From: Octopus vulgaris
Lineage: Eukaryota
Assembly (NCBI GenBank): GCA_951406725.2
Contig: OX597821.1
Coordinates: forward strand, 74,586,001 to 74,650,000
DNA length: 64,000 bases
Reading direction: 5' to 3'
Positions 1 through 14,926 of the stretch are shown in pieces (the first letter of the stretch is position 1; the number at the start of each line of letters is the position of its first letter). The notes beneath the pieces are model-generated. The model did not search any database. It saw only the letters and a list, made by a program, of their open reading frames with translations, and was not told the DNA's origin. The position numbers and the translations under genes are program-made.

Positions 1-252
1 CTGCCCACAAGGGGCTAAACACAGAAAGGGCAAACAAAGACACACAAACGGATTAAGTTGATTATATCGAAATTTGCCGAAACGTTATGGTAACAAGAAA
101 CAAGATGAGGACACATATCCATCCAAACATGTACATGCTTTGATTCTATTGGATCCTAATAAACATTCGATGTTTTAAGAAAAAAATTCTAGGACACTGG
201 TGTGTAACTGGTACTTAATTTACCGACCCCGAAAGGATGAAAGGCAAAGTCG
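1..252 (-). mobile_element. Fragments of tRNA-derived SINE family A (3' tail and core), interrupted by a fragment of the hammerhead-bearing palindromic repeat
   Basis: 1-70 and 195-252 are reverse complements of the tail and core of the fuller copies at 13574-14062. 76-125 (gccgaaacgttatggtaacaagaaacaagatgaggacac) matches the arm at 17118-17160. Confidence 0.75.
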
Positions 253-549
253 CATGCGTTACGCAGACTTTTATCTTGAGGCCCGCTTGATACTTTTTTG
301 AAATGGGTTTATTTAAAGAAACATTTTTAAACTTTTATAAAAAATTTAAGATTGTAAAGTAGCAAAAACATAAATGTCAATAAAGCAACAGCCAACAATT
401 TTCTAATTTTAAACAAACGAAAAGAATGAACAATTCTTGATTATTTGACTATTCGTGCATAAAGTATACAAGCGACCCTAAAAAAATTTTTTGTGCTTAA
501 AATAGCCGCAATGTAATTCGAGTTGGCCAGGCCGGCTGTAAACGATATA

Positions 550-1444
550 CGAGGTCTGATCTATAAGTATCAGGACTGTTGCCATAGGAACGAAGCTAAA
601 ACACGCAAAGTGAAGCCACTTGGTATAGACTGACTTTGAACTCTGCTGTGCTTGTGCACGAAAGTTTAACATTCTAGCTCATTTCCGCTGTTTACAGCAG
701 TGCTTCGAAGGAAGGTATGTAGCGTGTGATCCTTGCGTTGACCATAGCAATGAAAGATGTCATGGCGATACCTGCTCAGAGGCCTACACAATGTTGCAGG
801 AAGCGTATGGAGAGGCGTGTATGGACCGCATACAAGTGTACGAGAGGTTCAGACGTTTCCAAGATGGCCGTGAAAATGTCGATATTGACGAAGGTTCTGG
901 GAGCCCCGCAACCAGCAGAATTGAGAAAAACATCGTAGATGTGCATGCAGCTGTGAGAGGAAATCGTCGAATCACAATCCGTGAGTTATCAGTGGTTGTG
1001 CAGATTATTTACGGTTCAGTTCAGTCCATTATCATTGACGATTTGGGTATGGGACATGTGCCTGTCAAGTTTGTGCCAAAACTGATTTCAGCTGACCAAA
1101 AGGGCACTCGGGATTTCAATTGCAAAATGTCTTCTTGATTGTGTGGAGAACAGTGAAAGCTTTTTGAAAACTTTGCGTAGGCCTCTGAGCAGGTATCGCC
1201 AAGCTTTTGGCAAAATTTGATGAAGATTCTCTGCTCTGCTTTCTCTGTCATGGTCAATGCGACGATCACACACTACACACCTTCGTTCTAAGCATTGTTG
1301 TAAATAGCGGAAGTAAGCTAGAATGTTAAAACTTGGTGCCCAAGTACAAGATAGTTCAAGATCAATTTGTGCCAAGCATCCTTACTCTGCGTGCTTTAGC
1401 TTCGTTACTATAGCAACAATCCGGTTACTTATTGATCAGACTGT
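550..1444. mobile_element. Non-autonomous mariner derivative made of two 5' halves in inverted orientation
   Basis: TA at 548-549, then cgaggtctgatctataagtatc; a diverged inverted counterpart ends near 1442. Arms are ~230-280 bp and both run into the transposase start (MTEKAEQRIFIKFCQKLGDTCSEAY on -). Confidence 0.85.
791..1138 (+). pseudogene. Mariner transposase N-terminal HTH fragment, truncated
   Basis: LQEAYGEACMDRIQVYERFRRFQDGRENV...RRITIRELS...LGM..VPVKFVPKLI. FVPKLI corresponds to the mariner WVPxxL linker. No DD34D domain follows. Confidence 0.85.
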
Positions 1445-2084
1445 GAATGTGGGGGCCATGCGCCTCCACATATATCGTTTATATATTAAAAATGAGTGTA
1501 CATTTAAACACAAAAGAGGTGAGCCTTAACAGGTCGCTTTACATACTAGAAGGAACAGTCAAAAAGTCCAAACCACAGTTAAGAGCATTTTCGAAGGGAA
1601 TGAAAAATAAAAAAAATACATTTACCATGTTTATAAATTTGATAGATATATCACTATTTGTTTAAGAAGCTTTTTTCGCGCGCGCGATCTTCCGGTTCCA
1701 GTTTTGATACATGGTATCTTAACTGACTTCCTTTTACCCCGGTCTCGGTCTGTCTTCAAGAATTTGTGAATAAAACTGGAGAACGGGATTTGGATTGTAT
1801 CGGTAATGCTTACGGGCAACATTGTCACATGTTGTGTAACATCTAAATATTACGTTCAGGCTATAGGTGCCTATGGAATACTCAACCAAATGGAAATTAT
1901 TTCTTTGAGTAATCCTTTCAATTAGCAGCCAAACCACTGTCAGATTACAACGTACTCTGCCCTCGGTAGATAACGTAATTGTAGATAATTCTTACGTCAC
2001 AGGAAGACGGGATAGTCATGGTTAGACTGTCTTTGATTATAAGTCATATCAGTCAGATTTGAGCTGTTACTAAAGAAAATTATC

Positions 2085-2089
2085 ATCAC

Positions 2090-2142
<53 letters not shown>

Positions 2143-2550
2143 CTATAGCCATCGTCTTCGTCTTTATGATGATGATGATGAGGATGATCTTCACCCTCCT
2201 CGTCATCGTCTTTCACCATCATCATCATCTCACCATCATCACCATCATAACCATCACCACCATCATCACCATCACCACCATCATCACCATCACCACCACT
2301 ACCACCGCCACCAGCACTACAGCCACCACCACACCACCACCACCACCACCACCACCACCACCACCACCACCAGCAGCAGCAGCAACATCATCATCATCAT
2401 CATCATCTGCAGTGCTACAACTCCTAGATTTTTATCATTGCACCTCAGATCACAATGTTTCTCTCCCTCCACCCGCCACATATTCCCTCCTCCTTCATCT
2501 CTTCTTCTTCTTCCTCCTCCTCCTCCTCCTCCTCCTCCTCCTCCTCCTCT
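2085..2550. repeat. Compound trinucleotide microsatellite (CAT/CAC/CAG/CCT)
   Basis: Read directly; explains the poly-M/T/P/E ORFs. Confidence 0.95.
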
Positions 2551-2756
2551 TCCGGTTCCTCCTGTGTGAATTCCTTCTGCTCCTCTTTATCAGTATTCAT
2601 GTGCCTTATTTCGTAGGGTGCGGCTGACATGTCTTTATGAAACGGTGATAATGTAATATGTTATGCGATATTCCAAATCCCGCTCCCTCCATCCCTTCCC
2701 CATCATTGCATGGATAGGTAAAAATTGATGAATGACATCACGTATACACCGACTTA

Positions 2757-2808
<52 letters not shown>

Positions 2809-3096
2809 TACATACATACATATATCTATATCTATATCTATATATATGTATGTATGTGTGTGTATATGTGTGTGTGAATATTGTCGTGAGCGCGCCCGGT
2901 ATATCTAAGCGAGACCTCGCGTACTAATGTATATTTCTTTCCGTATACGTGCATGTGCGCGCGTGTCTGTTCGTCTTCCCATCTGCATGTGCACGTCCTT
3001 CATGCATTCATATCTATGTATAGACACCTGACATACAAACATGCATACATACATATACACACATATATATATAAACGTAGACATTATGTGTGTAAG

Positions 3097-3147
<51 letters not shown>

Positions 3148-3404
3148 CACACACGTATATATATGAAGATATGTATGTATATGTGATGTATGTATAATAT
3201 AGATATGTCTTCAGTATCTCACAGTTTAGAGTGTGTATATTTCTTGAAGTCTTTATGGCGTTCATTTTAACGTTATTCACCCATCATCCATCTCACTTTA
3301 TTCTTCTTTACATTTCCCCCTCATTTTGTCTCCTTTCCTTCTCTTTCACCTTCCCAAAATTCCTTCATTAGTATCACTCTATGTCATTCTATCTCTTTCC
3401 AATA

Positions 3405-3452
<48 letters not shown>

Positions 3453-4176
3453 CGTCGTCTTCCTTTCCTGTATTAAGTCTTTCATTTTCACCTGATTCTG
3501 AACTCCCAGTCTTTCCTTTCATAACGTCGTCACCAAGAGATATACCTCTGCCGCCACCACCACTGAAACCACCACCGCCGCCGCCGCCACCACCACCACC
3601 ACCACCACCACCACTACCACTACCACCACTATAATATCTTTTATGTATCTCATACGAGAAAGTGCAACTCATTTTTCCATTTTCTTTACTTCCCGCGTCA
3701 AATCCATACATATACATAAACACACAGACAGACTACGTTAATACGCCACCTTCCATCGCCTCCTCTTCTGCCTCCTCTTCCTTCTCTCCTTCTGTTCCTA
3801 GTTTTATTCCTTCACATTCTCGTCCTCCTCCTTCTCTTCGCCCTTTTCCCTCTGTATGTCCTTTTTCCCTTTTTTTTTTATCACTCTCTCCTTACGGCTT
3901 TCGCACTTTATAAATCTTCCGTCACCACGTCACGTAATACTCTGACATGTTCTGGCTTTCATATTATTTTCATTATTTTATCGCCATGTCTATGCTATGA
4001 CGCATGTGCAAACACAAACTCACACATGCACATATACAGGAGCGAAGACAAACTCACACACACACGCACACACACACATCTGTATATATTGCGTGTGTGC
4101 ACAAAAATCTATTACTGCATATTATTTTACCGAATTATATTACATGACGCATATAAGAATGAACATATGCAAGTAT

Positions 4177-4230
<54 letters not shown>

Positions 4231-4549
4231 ACAAAAACGCAATAGAGGACATTAAAACATTCGGACGATACAACGGCGGACAAGAGAGACAATTATTAGG
4301 ACAGGAAAAAAAGACGGGTCATTCTTAGCTTTCTTTCATCAGTCAAGTTCCAGAAGTCACGACCATTTCGGGCAGTTACTCTTGAGATGGTTCGATCTAG
4401 TTGCCCCCCAAAAAGTCTAAGCTAAGAGCATTAGACCCCTTTGTAAGAAAGCTAGCGAAGATGTACGGTAACAAAGACAAAAAACCCCAAAGAAACAAAA
4501 AGACTGATGTATGTATAACATGGTACACAATTACGAATACACACAACAA

Positions 4550-4735
4550 GATATAACAACGGGAATCTTTGGTGTGTTTACGTACCCATAACTTAGCGGC
4601 TCGGCCAAAAGACCGACAGAATAAATACTAGGCTTACAAAAAATAAATCCTGGGGTCGATTTGTTCGATAAAAGGCGCTGCTCTAGCATGGCCGCAGTCA
4701 AATCAGTAAAACAAGTAAAAGAATAAAAGAATAAA
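4550..4735 (+). mobile_element. SINE family B, 3' portion
   Basis: ggtgtgtttacgtacccataacttagcggctcggcc...gcatggccgcagtcaaat...aaaagaataaaagaat; homologous to 38690-38885. Confidence 0.8.
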
Positions 4736-4975
4736 CAGTGCATGAACAATACACCCGATTGCAATGACGCTGCTAGGGCAGAATAAAAAGTCAATCGTGC
4801 AATACAAACAGCTCTGGAGCAAAATCTTTATTTATATAACACAACGTCTTAACAGAGAGGGTTTTACGTTTTTTCTAGGACAAAGACAGTTGCTTCTCCT
4901 TTTCCAACTGTATATATACAGTAAGTATAATATATAGAGAAACATATCGAGTGTTTCTTCTATTGCATAATTCGA

Positions 4976-5012
<37 letters not shown>

Positions 5013-5299
5013 GTTGACTGTTTTGTTAGGGTAAGATCAATAGAAGTTGTACTCCGTAGAGTGAGAGATAAATATTATTAATGTAGCCTGTATTGAAATA
5101 AGAACGAGGGCAGGCTTCATTTTTAGGTTCTGAGCACATGATTTATTCAAACTATGCACGCAGAGCCCGGAGATTGCTTGAATACATAAGGTACGTTATA
5201 AAAATCTGCAAAATCTGCCTTACCACTTCTCTCAGCCGTAAGAAACTATTGGTCGCGCTTATTTTAATAGTGTACATTAATTCACACACACACACACAT

Positions 5300-5337
<38 letters not shown>

Positions 5338-5410
5338 ATATGTATACACACACACTCATATCTATAGGCATAAATATACGTATATATATATATATATATA
5401 TATATAATAA

Positions 5411-5479
<69 letters not shown>

Positions 5480-5539
5480 GTATGTAGATATATTTGTGTG
5501 TGGTGGACTCGAGCGAATGGATTAGAGACAAACACTTAC

Positions 5540-5577
5540 CTCTCTGGCCAATCGCTCATCAACTTGTTCAACTACCA
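5540..5577 (-). other. Candidate 38-nt internal exon
   Basis: Minus strand reads ctctccattctcaccttccttttcaag|TGGTAGTTGAACAAGTTGATGAGCGATTGGCCAGAGAG|gtaagtg. Long pyrimidine tract, consensus donor, one frame gives [11 protein letters not shown]. No homology support. Confidence 0.3.
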
Positions 5578-5696
5578 CTTGAAAAGGAAGGTGAGAATGG
5601 AGAGGCAGGTTTTGCCTCGTGAAAAAAAGGTGGGTGAATGTAGCAAAGATGGCACGTGCGAGTGACGAAATCACTTTCAGCATGATCCAGTAAATC

Positions 5697-5732
<36 letters not shown>

Positions 5733-6013
5733 ACTTTGCTCTCATGTGTTTATTTTCTCCATGTCTGAGGTTACCGTGGTCTTTTCTGTAGGCTTTTCTT
5801 TCCATGGATGAATCTAATCTTGTTTCTTACCGTTAAAAAAAAATTTTTTCTGTGATACACGATCCCTTTTGCTCGCCTTTTTTTACCCGATCCCCTTTGA
5901 TCGGAATTTTACATGTTTCTTTTTTTCCTTTTTTTCTTCCATTTTCGAAAAGAAAGCTCTACATTTGTATTTGTCCCCTCTGTGTTCATCCCTGTGTGGC
6001 CAGTAAAGAAAGT

Positions 6014-6410
<397 letters not shown>

Positions 6411-9400
6411 CACACATATATACACAAGCATATAACATACTGACAGTGGAATCATCCAACATTTTTGGTTGTTAAAATGAACCTCTTCCTAATAAGCCAA
6501 TAATTATATTCACATTCCCCCCACGCCCCCGTTTCTGCTACGTTTAATTCAGTGTGAAGTTGTCTTCAGCTACAGATCAGCGCAGTTTTCTATTCAACTG
6601 GAATCAATGCCAAGCCTTAAATATTTAGAACTCCCAGTATAGACAACGCTGAAGACGAATTTCTTTTTGTAGACATCGTGTTCGACTCTGAAGCCGTGTG
6701 CAGACACCTTGGCAGTAATGAATGAAAATCCTTTCGCCGCCTGTCAACACATGTCCTTAATGATTTACTTTATTATTCAGAAGGTCTGCTTTAAAAATGC
6801 ACCACTGGAAATACACAGTAAAGGCCAATACAGTCAGACGAGAGTTTAATTTGAAGCTTATCAATAAAGGGAGATAAGAATGTTGTTGGTTGTCAATGTA
6901 ATTTGGAGCATGTTTATTCCCTAACGAATAGAAAGAATTAATAGGTTCTCACATCATCAGCAACATTAGCCTTAAATGTTGCTAATTAAAAGACGTGTTT
7001 GCGTAATCAATAAACTAACATACAATATATCGACTTCACTCTACACACTCGCTATATCATCACATAACGCGATTCACCGTTTCACACACTATTCAATTTC
7101 TATTAGTGAAAACTTTGATTTATATCTTTCTATAATTTGTATCATTCTGTCCGACTCGTGACGCTAATTCCTTTCACTTCGCCATTATCATAACTTGCCG
7201 ACTATCACCAAACTCTTCAATGCTTCTAACGGATCTTCAAATCCGCATTATTATTTCTAACTCTAAGCATACATTTATTTCCCATTCTCAGATCAAACTC
7301 ATTCATTAGAATTATATAACAGTTTGTTATTTAAAGGTGTAATATCAAAGACACTTACTAAATACGCAAAGATTAACATAAGCCTATATTAGTATAGGCA
7401 TACATGTGCGTTTCTACACATACAGCAATTCATATACACACACACACATCTATCCTTCCAACCATGCATGCTTGCATAGAGTCATATATATATATATATT
7501 TGTATATATAGCCGAAACATTGTGTTAACAATAACCAAGATGAGGACAAATATCCGTCAAATGTAAATAAAGTATATTCACTGTTATGTATTCGACCGAG
7601 CTTCTTGACAAATCTTGACAATGAAAGAGACAGAGAAGTCTTGAAGCCACAAGTTGCGACGAAAGATGTTGATATTTCTGTGTAAGATATCAATTACTGA
7701 TATCCTATATAAACCATACAGAATGCAATCCGTAAGAAAGTCTGCCAAGAATATATTTCTGTTGTGGATTACGTATTTTGATTTAAGCAGAAGGAATATT
7801 GAGGGAGCATTCCTGTTAAAACATCCACTAAATGTAAACAATTATTTGTGAGACAAAACTAAACATGTCAAAGCCTATCAAGGGCATCTGCTTGCCAGAT
7901 ATGGATATTTCTTTCAAAACCAGCGGTAAAGATTGTATTTTTAGGTATCTATTTCGAAAACTACAGCTTTTCTGACCAGAATATTAATCAGCATTTTGTA
8001 TCCATAATTCTTGGTGTACTTGACATACGAGGTTCCTACTTGGCCGAAAGATATGTTCCCACTTGAAGGTAAAATAAGGAAAACTACCATTCAGTTTTCA
8101 GTATCTCTACCTGACTAACTTTTTGATGTCTTATGAAGAATGCAACAAGGAACTATGAGAAGATTTAAATATATCCTGTGACAACATTAGTAGCATGGGT
8201 GGCGTTATCTGGAAATATAAGATTCAGGTGGATAATGCGACACGCAGAATTGTCGCAAGTGTGAAGAAAAATGTCTAAAAAGCAATCCCGGCCTCTACGA
8301 ATTCTGTAAAATCCTATTTGGTATTGCAAAATCGAAAATATAAAACTGATCACTGAGAAGGCAGTACATTGGTTGTTACAATAATCACACTGACAATGGT
8401 AGGAATAACTGACAGGGAATTACCATCAACAGCCTGCTTCGAAAACAGGAAACAAAACGAACTTCATTAAAGACACTCATACGCCAAGAAGCTAAAGATA
8501 CTAGTCTTAATCCCTTTGTCTAAGCCTCTAATTTACGTAATGAAAAGAAATCTAAAAGCCATTCCTAACAAGTACCTTCTTCAAGAAACATAGAGAGATC
8601 ATCTGGTGTCAAATGTAGGGGTTTTATAATTCAAAACTAATTCTTTAGCAAAATCATTGCTGAATATGAAAGAATGTCCTTTTGTGATTAATTTTCCTTC
8701 ATAAATGATGTAACTATATCGACCTGCAGCAGAAAAAGAAAGAATAAAAATGCAACAGAAGTACAATAAAATTACCGGAGTCGATTTAATAGACGATTTC
8801 CCAAGATTTCTGGTGTTTCGGCCACGTAAGCTATGAAGTCGTCCATGTTTTGTGATTTAACACCAGGCAGCTAAACAACTCAATTCCTTCTCTTTTAAAC
8901 TTCATAACTTTGTGCAAATGTAACTAACCAATATTGTAGTTTGTGCTTTTTAACCTGAGCGAAGTTCCAGTGTCAGCAAAGTTGTTGTGATTCTTGACTG
9001 AAGCAAATTCATTTAAACTTTAATAACCCAACGAAAAAATATGATCAGGAAAATTTCAATATTTATCTTCCTGAAATTTGGGTTATTTGATCTTAATTAA
9101 AATTAATCAATATTATAATAATAATCAATTTATTTGTTAAACAATATAGCTCTGCTACAAGCAATGAGTAATAATTTATAAATATGAAACTTATTCCCAC
9201 CATCTTCTAAAGGAATTCTGCCTTCAATTTCCTGCATAGATTAGTTCGAGATAAAAGGAAGAATAATAAGTATTTATAGGCCAGCAACACAAACAGAAAA
9301 AATCTCCTTTGAAATAATATGTGTCAGACATTTTAATATTTTTGCACTTTTTTTTCTTTTCTATTCGAAGAAATATAAAATCTTGTTGGAAATGATTTCT

Positions 9401-9924
9401 AACAGAAAGTTATATTTTATCTCATAAACTTAATCTGTTTAAGGAACCAGTTTAAAACAAACGCGAATTGTCTCTGAGAAAATAACTTGCATTAAGCATC
9501 AATGATGTTTAATGTCCCAAATTAATTGGTTGCAGAGACCTATCTATCAGTAATGATCTGTAAGATAGTGTGCTAAGAAATTTGAAGAAAGAAAGAAAGA
9601 GGAAAGAAAAGGAAAAAAAAGATTTTCCTCCTGATAACATTCTTGCTCAGCTTAACCTAGAAATCTCCAAAATTAAAAACAAAAAACAAAAACAAATCCC
9701 CCGCAAAACTTTGATGTCTTCAGTCGAATGGATATGCATTATTAAAAGGTTTGATCCCGGATAATTTCACAGTCTAAAAATGGACGATCGTTTTAGAGAT
9801 ATCGACGATAATAGAAATCTTAGGAGAGAAGATCGCTGGAAACGGCCAATCCTAAATATAGAAATGCTTTAACTTACAATAGATTTTTTGAGCTATGATA
9901 ATAATGATGATGATAATGATGACA

Positions 9925-9986
<62 letters not shown>

Positions 9987-11788
9987 AATTTTGCTGATGA
10001 TGATGGTGGTGGTGGTGGTGGTGGTTTAAACACACGAAATGTGAAATAACACTGTAAAAGATCAGATAAATTAAACGTAGATTACATGTCCTTCTGAAAC
10101 ATCAAAGACCTTTCGATGGACCAAAATATTTTCTTTGATCACTTCTAAAGTAGTGCTGCACTAGTGACGTTTCACTCCATCCACAACGTGAATGGGAGAA
10201 CGAAGGACTTCTGACTGAAGAGTCAGTAGTTCGAAATCCAGATCTTGAGGCTTCTTTGTGACTAGAACCCAAGCAGAATTTTGAAATATATCCATAGGTA
10301 TCACCGTACAACTAAAATCCAATCACTTCAGCCAACATTTAAATAATTTATAATTGATTAAAATTTCACAGCATCTACCACTACATTTTGTTTTACGAGA
10401 ATTAGTCTTTAGACGATGCTTTTCCCCATTCGTTTTGCCGCTGAAAGTAGAATTATTTCTTGGTTTACATCATCATGTGTGTCACGGCCCACGTTTTTAG
10501 TGAATCTTGATATTTCCTCTCGTTCATTTGGGCTCCGTTACAAAAGACAAATATTTATGTTCTATTCTAGTTTTTGGTTGTTATTAAGATTATAACAACC
10601 AAAGTCAGATAAAACCAAAACATTTCGAATGCTATAATTTGATTCGCTCCCAAAACTGTATTCCGAATTTCCCACATTTTTCTGATATGGATTTAAGTTG
10701 TCCCCCTTAATGCAGTAAGAAATATTTAAAACCTAATCAAGTTAGCTGTAAATAAGTTGTTCTTGATGTTGTTCAATTTCGATGGAGTATATCTATGATA
10801 TAAGTTGTTCCATTCGTATAACCATCCTGCTTTATTGTATATCTATCTATTTGTGAATGATACAGACGTTGTTTTTTTCTTGCTATTTAGAGGAAGTTTT
10901 AAAAATGTCTTCCAAGCTAATCCACGCAGTTTTACTGTCATGTTTGCTGTAATATTTTTAGAAGCAGAATTGCCATACGCTTGTATTATTTGGCGATCCA
11001 AAGTATCAGTCAGTCAGCCTTTCATCCTTTGTCGTGCTTTTTTTCTTTCAGTTTTTCAGTCCAAAAGATATTCGTTGCAGCGTTTGTACGTTCGCTTTTA
11101 TAAGGTTCTATCATTTGCACTTCGCTTTTTGAAGTGTTGCTGTCATGAACGAGCGTCGAACGAGGCTAGTCGTTTGTGCTATGCCATGTGGTTAGGCATC
11201 TCACCCTCCTCCAGCCGTTGGGTAGTTGTGCGGGTAGATGCTCAAACGAGGCGTAGCATATGTAGTGGAGGTGATCGGCGAATGTTCTGTAGATTTACGC
11301 TGGGCGTCGATAAAAAGCAACTGAGCAGCTTTCAACTGGAAAACTTCTCAAAGCATCAAATTGTTGATGCTGGTGTAAAATATTTTGAGCTCGGGAGAGA
11401 TCAAACTCTCGAAAACTAAGCCTGTCAAAGTTTTTTGAAAGCAATTGGATCATCACCAACCTCTCCACATATTTACTTCCCAACAGGAATTTGAACTCTA
11501 CCTTCGAAGCTTCGTTTGATGATATTCGATGTTTGCATTATGATGCTCACTTGCTTGTTTCGAAGGAGTCACCTGTGTGTCAATATCATCATTTTAATCA
11601 CTACATCGAACAGTGAGACGTGTGCTTAATATTGTTTCGTTATTTGGTGATAAATTTCTCAAAACTTGTCAAGTTAGGCCGAAAAGAATATTTTTGTTGA
11701 TGGGATTTGGCTGTTAACCGGGTTTGTCATTAAGCTCACTCAATAGGGGTTTTTTTGGAAGGTAAATGTGGACGATTTTCCTGTATTT

Positions 11789-12095
11789 GGCCGTGTTATA
11801 TCGCAATAGTACACAGTGGCTGTGTGAGCATCTCATTCTCGTCGCCACTGTTATATCGCAATACTACACAGTGGCTGTGTGTGCTACGAAATCTTCGTCG
11901 CCACTGTTATATCGCAATACTACACAGTGGCTGTGTGAGCATCTCATTCTTGTCGCCACTGTCATATCGCAATACTACACAGTGCTGTGTGTGCTACGCA
12001 ATCCTCGTCGCCACTATTAAATCGCAATACTAACAGTGGCGACGAGGATTTCGTAGCTCACACAGCCACTGTGTAGTATTGCGACATGACAGGCC
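11789..12095. repeat. MITE-like element: 55/56-bp tandem hairpin units (A-B-A-B) closed by an inverted unit, GGCC termini
   Basis: tcgcaata recurs at 11801, 11856, 11912, 11967 and 12022. Each unit carries acagtggc...gccactgt. 12031-12095 is an inverted unit. Confidence 0.8.
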
Positions 12096-13049
12096 GATAT
12101 AACGAAAGCGATAGTGCGGCGTACATTGATTCAAGGGCCTGACTACGATGTTAATCCTTGTCTTTGACGTCCTTAAGGAGCCAAATGTGAGTAGCAGGAA
12201 TAGTCTAGTTGTATGGACGCAAATAGGAAAAGATCGACTCTTTGAAACTTCAAAAGAGTGACAACCCCCCCCCCCCTCTCAATTGGTAATCTGCTACCAA
12301 CACATCAACGATGACGACCACAACGACAGGATAATGTTGAATATAATCGGTCCAGTTGAGATTAAAATGTTGTGTTTAATGTTCTTATGTGTTGTGAGGT
12401 CGATACTTTTAGCGAGCGTATGACACAGAGGCCAAACCACGACCGACCATGATTGTGAATTTGATATCAGCATGGTTTGGACATTTTTGCTGGAATATTT
12501 CCCCCGTTGTATAAATGATACGGAGCTCAGGCGGCGTTGGAGAGAAGAGAGTTTGAGCTTTCAGAGGCCATCTCAATGCTTAAAGCTTCTCATGACTTCT
12601 GTCTTTTTACTTCGTGATCGACCTCAGGGGTACCTCAATAATTTAAATGTTTCGTTTCGCATAGAGAGACAATGTGCAGAAGTGTTATAGGTCAGGTTAA
12701 GGCGGATTATTAGGATTAAACTGAGATTATGGTATTATTATTATTATCTCTGGATTATTATTATTAGTTATTATTATTATTATCCACGAGCACATTATTA
12801 TCGTTTATTACTTATTATCGTATTATTATTAGTTATTATTATTATTATCACTTGCATTTAATAGTCTTTGGTATTATTTAACGCCATGACTATAACGAGA
12901 AGTCAATATTATATTATATGTGTGCGTGTGTAGGTGTCTGTGTCTGTTTTAATACGCACACACCGCCACTTTTTTTATTAAACCTTTGTATGCCATGCAT
13001 ATGTCCCTAATCCTAACCCTCATCCTTCGCTCTTGTGGCAAATAAATGA

Positions 13050-13361
<312 letters not shown>

Positions 13362-13362
13362 G

Positions 13363-14062
13363 AAGGTAGCGAGCTGGCAGAATCGTTAACATGCGGGATG
13401 GAATGCTTAGCGATATTTCGCCCGTAGCTACGTTCTGAGTTCATATTCCGCCGACTCCTTTCGGAGTCGATAAATTAAGTACCAGTGAAACACTAGGGTC
13501 GATGTAATCGACTTAATCCTCTCCCCCAAGTTGTTCTTGTGGCAAAAATTTGAAATCATCACCCTTATTATTAAGGCGGCGGCGAGCTGGCAGAAACGTT
13601 AGTACGCCGGGCGAAATGCTTAGCAGTATTTTGTCTGCCGTTACGTTCTGAGTTCAAATTCCGCCGAGGTCGACTTTGCCTTTCATCCTTTCGGGGTCGA
13701 TTAAGTAAGTACCAGTTACGCACTAGGGTCGATATAATCGACTTAATCCGTTTGTCTGTCCTTGTTTGTCCCCTCTATGTTTAGCCCCTTGTGGGTAATA
13801 AAGAAATAGGTATTTCGTCTGCCGTTATGTTCTGGGTTCAAATTCCGCCGAGGTCGACTTTGCCTTTCATTCTTTCGTGGTCGATAAATTAAGTACCAGT
13901 TACGCACTGGGGTAGATATAATCGACTTTTTGCCTTTCATCCTTTCGGGGTCGATTAAATAAGTACCAGTTACGCACTTGGGGTCGATGTAATCGACTTA
14001 ATCCCTTTGTCTGTCCTTATTTGTTCCCTCTATGTTTAGCCCCCTGTGGGCAATAAAGAAAT
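13363..14062 (+). mobile_element. Two adjacent SINE family A copies, the second with tandemly reiterated core and tail
   Basis: Head ggcgagctggcagaa(a/t)cgtta, B-box-like gagttcaaattcc, and core gtcgactttgcctttcatcctttcggggtcgat-aagtacc (resembles the Meta-SINE core, from recall), repeated near 13670, 13853 and 13924. Confidence 0.85.
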
Positions 14063-14587
14063 ATGTATCTGCACATGTATTTGTGTCTATTTACACGTAT
14101 ATATTTATGTGTGCGCATACATATAAATATACTTACGCACACACACACACACACATTATAGTAATTGCCAAGAGATAAATTATGAGTGATACGCAGAAGC
14201 AAAACCAAACAAAAAAAAACCCAAATACATAAAGCATTTGGGATAAGTCTAAACATTAAAACTTTCGAATTCCCTTCCCTCTCCCCACCACCCAGAACCA
14301 TGTACATTTTGCCGTTCCTGGAAATTTTTAGCATTCTTGATTTCAAAAATTAACAAAGAAATAAGAGTAAGGGAGGTCAAACGGGTACAAAATGATTTTT
14401 TGAAAAGTTAATCACTTCCTAAGTAGTGGGATTTGATGTCGTTCATATTTCTATCTGGTTGAGAATAAAGGCCTGGTGAAATGACAACAGGTCACGTGGA
14501 GTGTTGAGATCATTCTATAACTTCCTGACTTAGCGTTTGATCTGTCGAAGCATCAATAGATAGCTTGAAAAGGTCGTGGTCTTTCCG

Positions 14588-14630
<43 letters not shown>

Positions 14631-14895
14631 CGCACATAGATAGATATATGCGTACACACACTCATATATATATGTGTGTGTGTGTGTGTGTATGTATAGA
14701 TATATATATGTATGTATGTGTAAGATAGAGTTCGTTGTGGAATGATGTGACTATGTGAAATTCTAAGCGAACCCGTTCAATCTGGTATTCTGTCGCTTTA
14801 ATCTTTTAGCAATATTTAAATGTGAAAAAAAAAGGCAAATGACTCGTACGAAACAAATGCATGCACGTATGAAGTTAAATGCGTGCGCGCGCACG

Positions 14896-14926
<31 letters not shown>

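Noticed and set aside
7600-8760. Complex A-rich segment resembling a decayed coding element
   Set aside because: Stops in the frames I tried and no motif I could recognise; needs a translated search against TE libraries.
10205-10250. CTGAAGA...GAAAT..ATC hammerhead-like string
   Set aside because: Stem II does not pair and stem I is only 2-3 weak pairs.
10805-11419. 204-codon plus-strand ORF
   Set aside because: TTG start, no recognisable domain and no supporting splice structure; kept only as unique sequence in the splice-signal finding.
11789-12095. CRISPR-like look (repeat with hairpin and variable inserts)
   Set aside because: Inserts are short and alternate between only two sequences, the last unit is inverted, there are no cas genes, and the context is eukaryotic.
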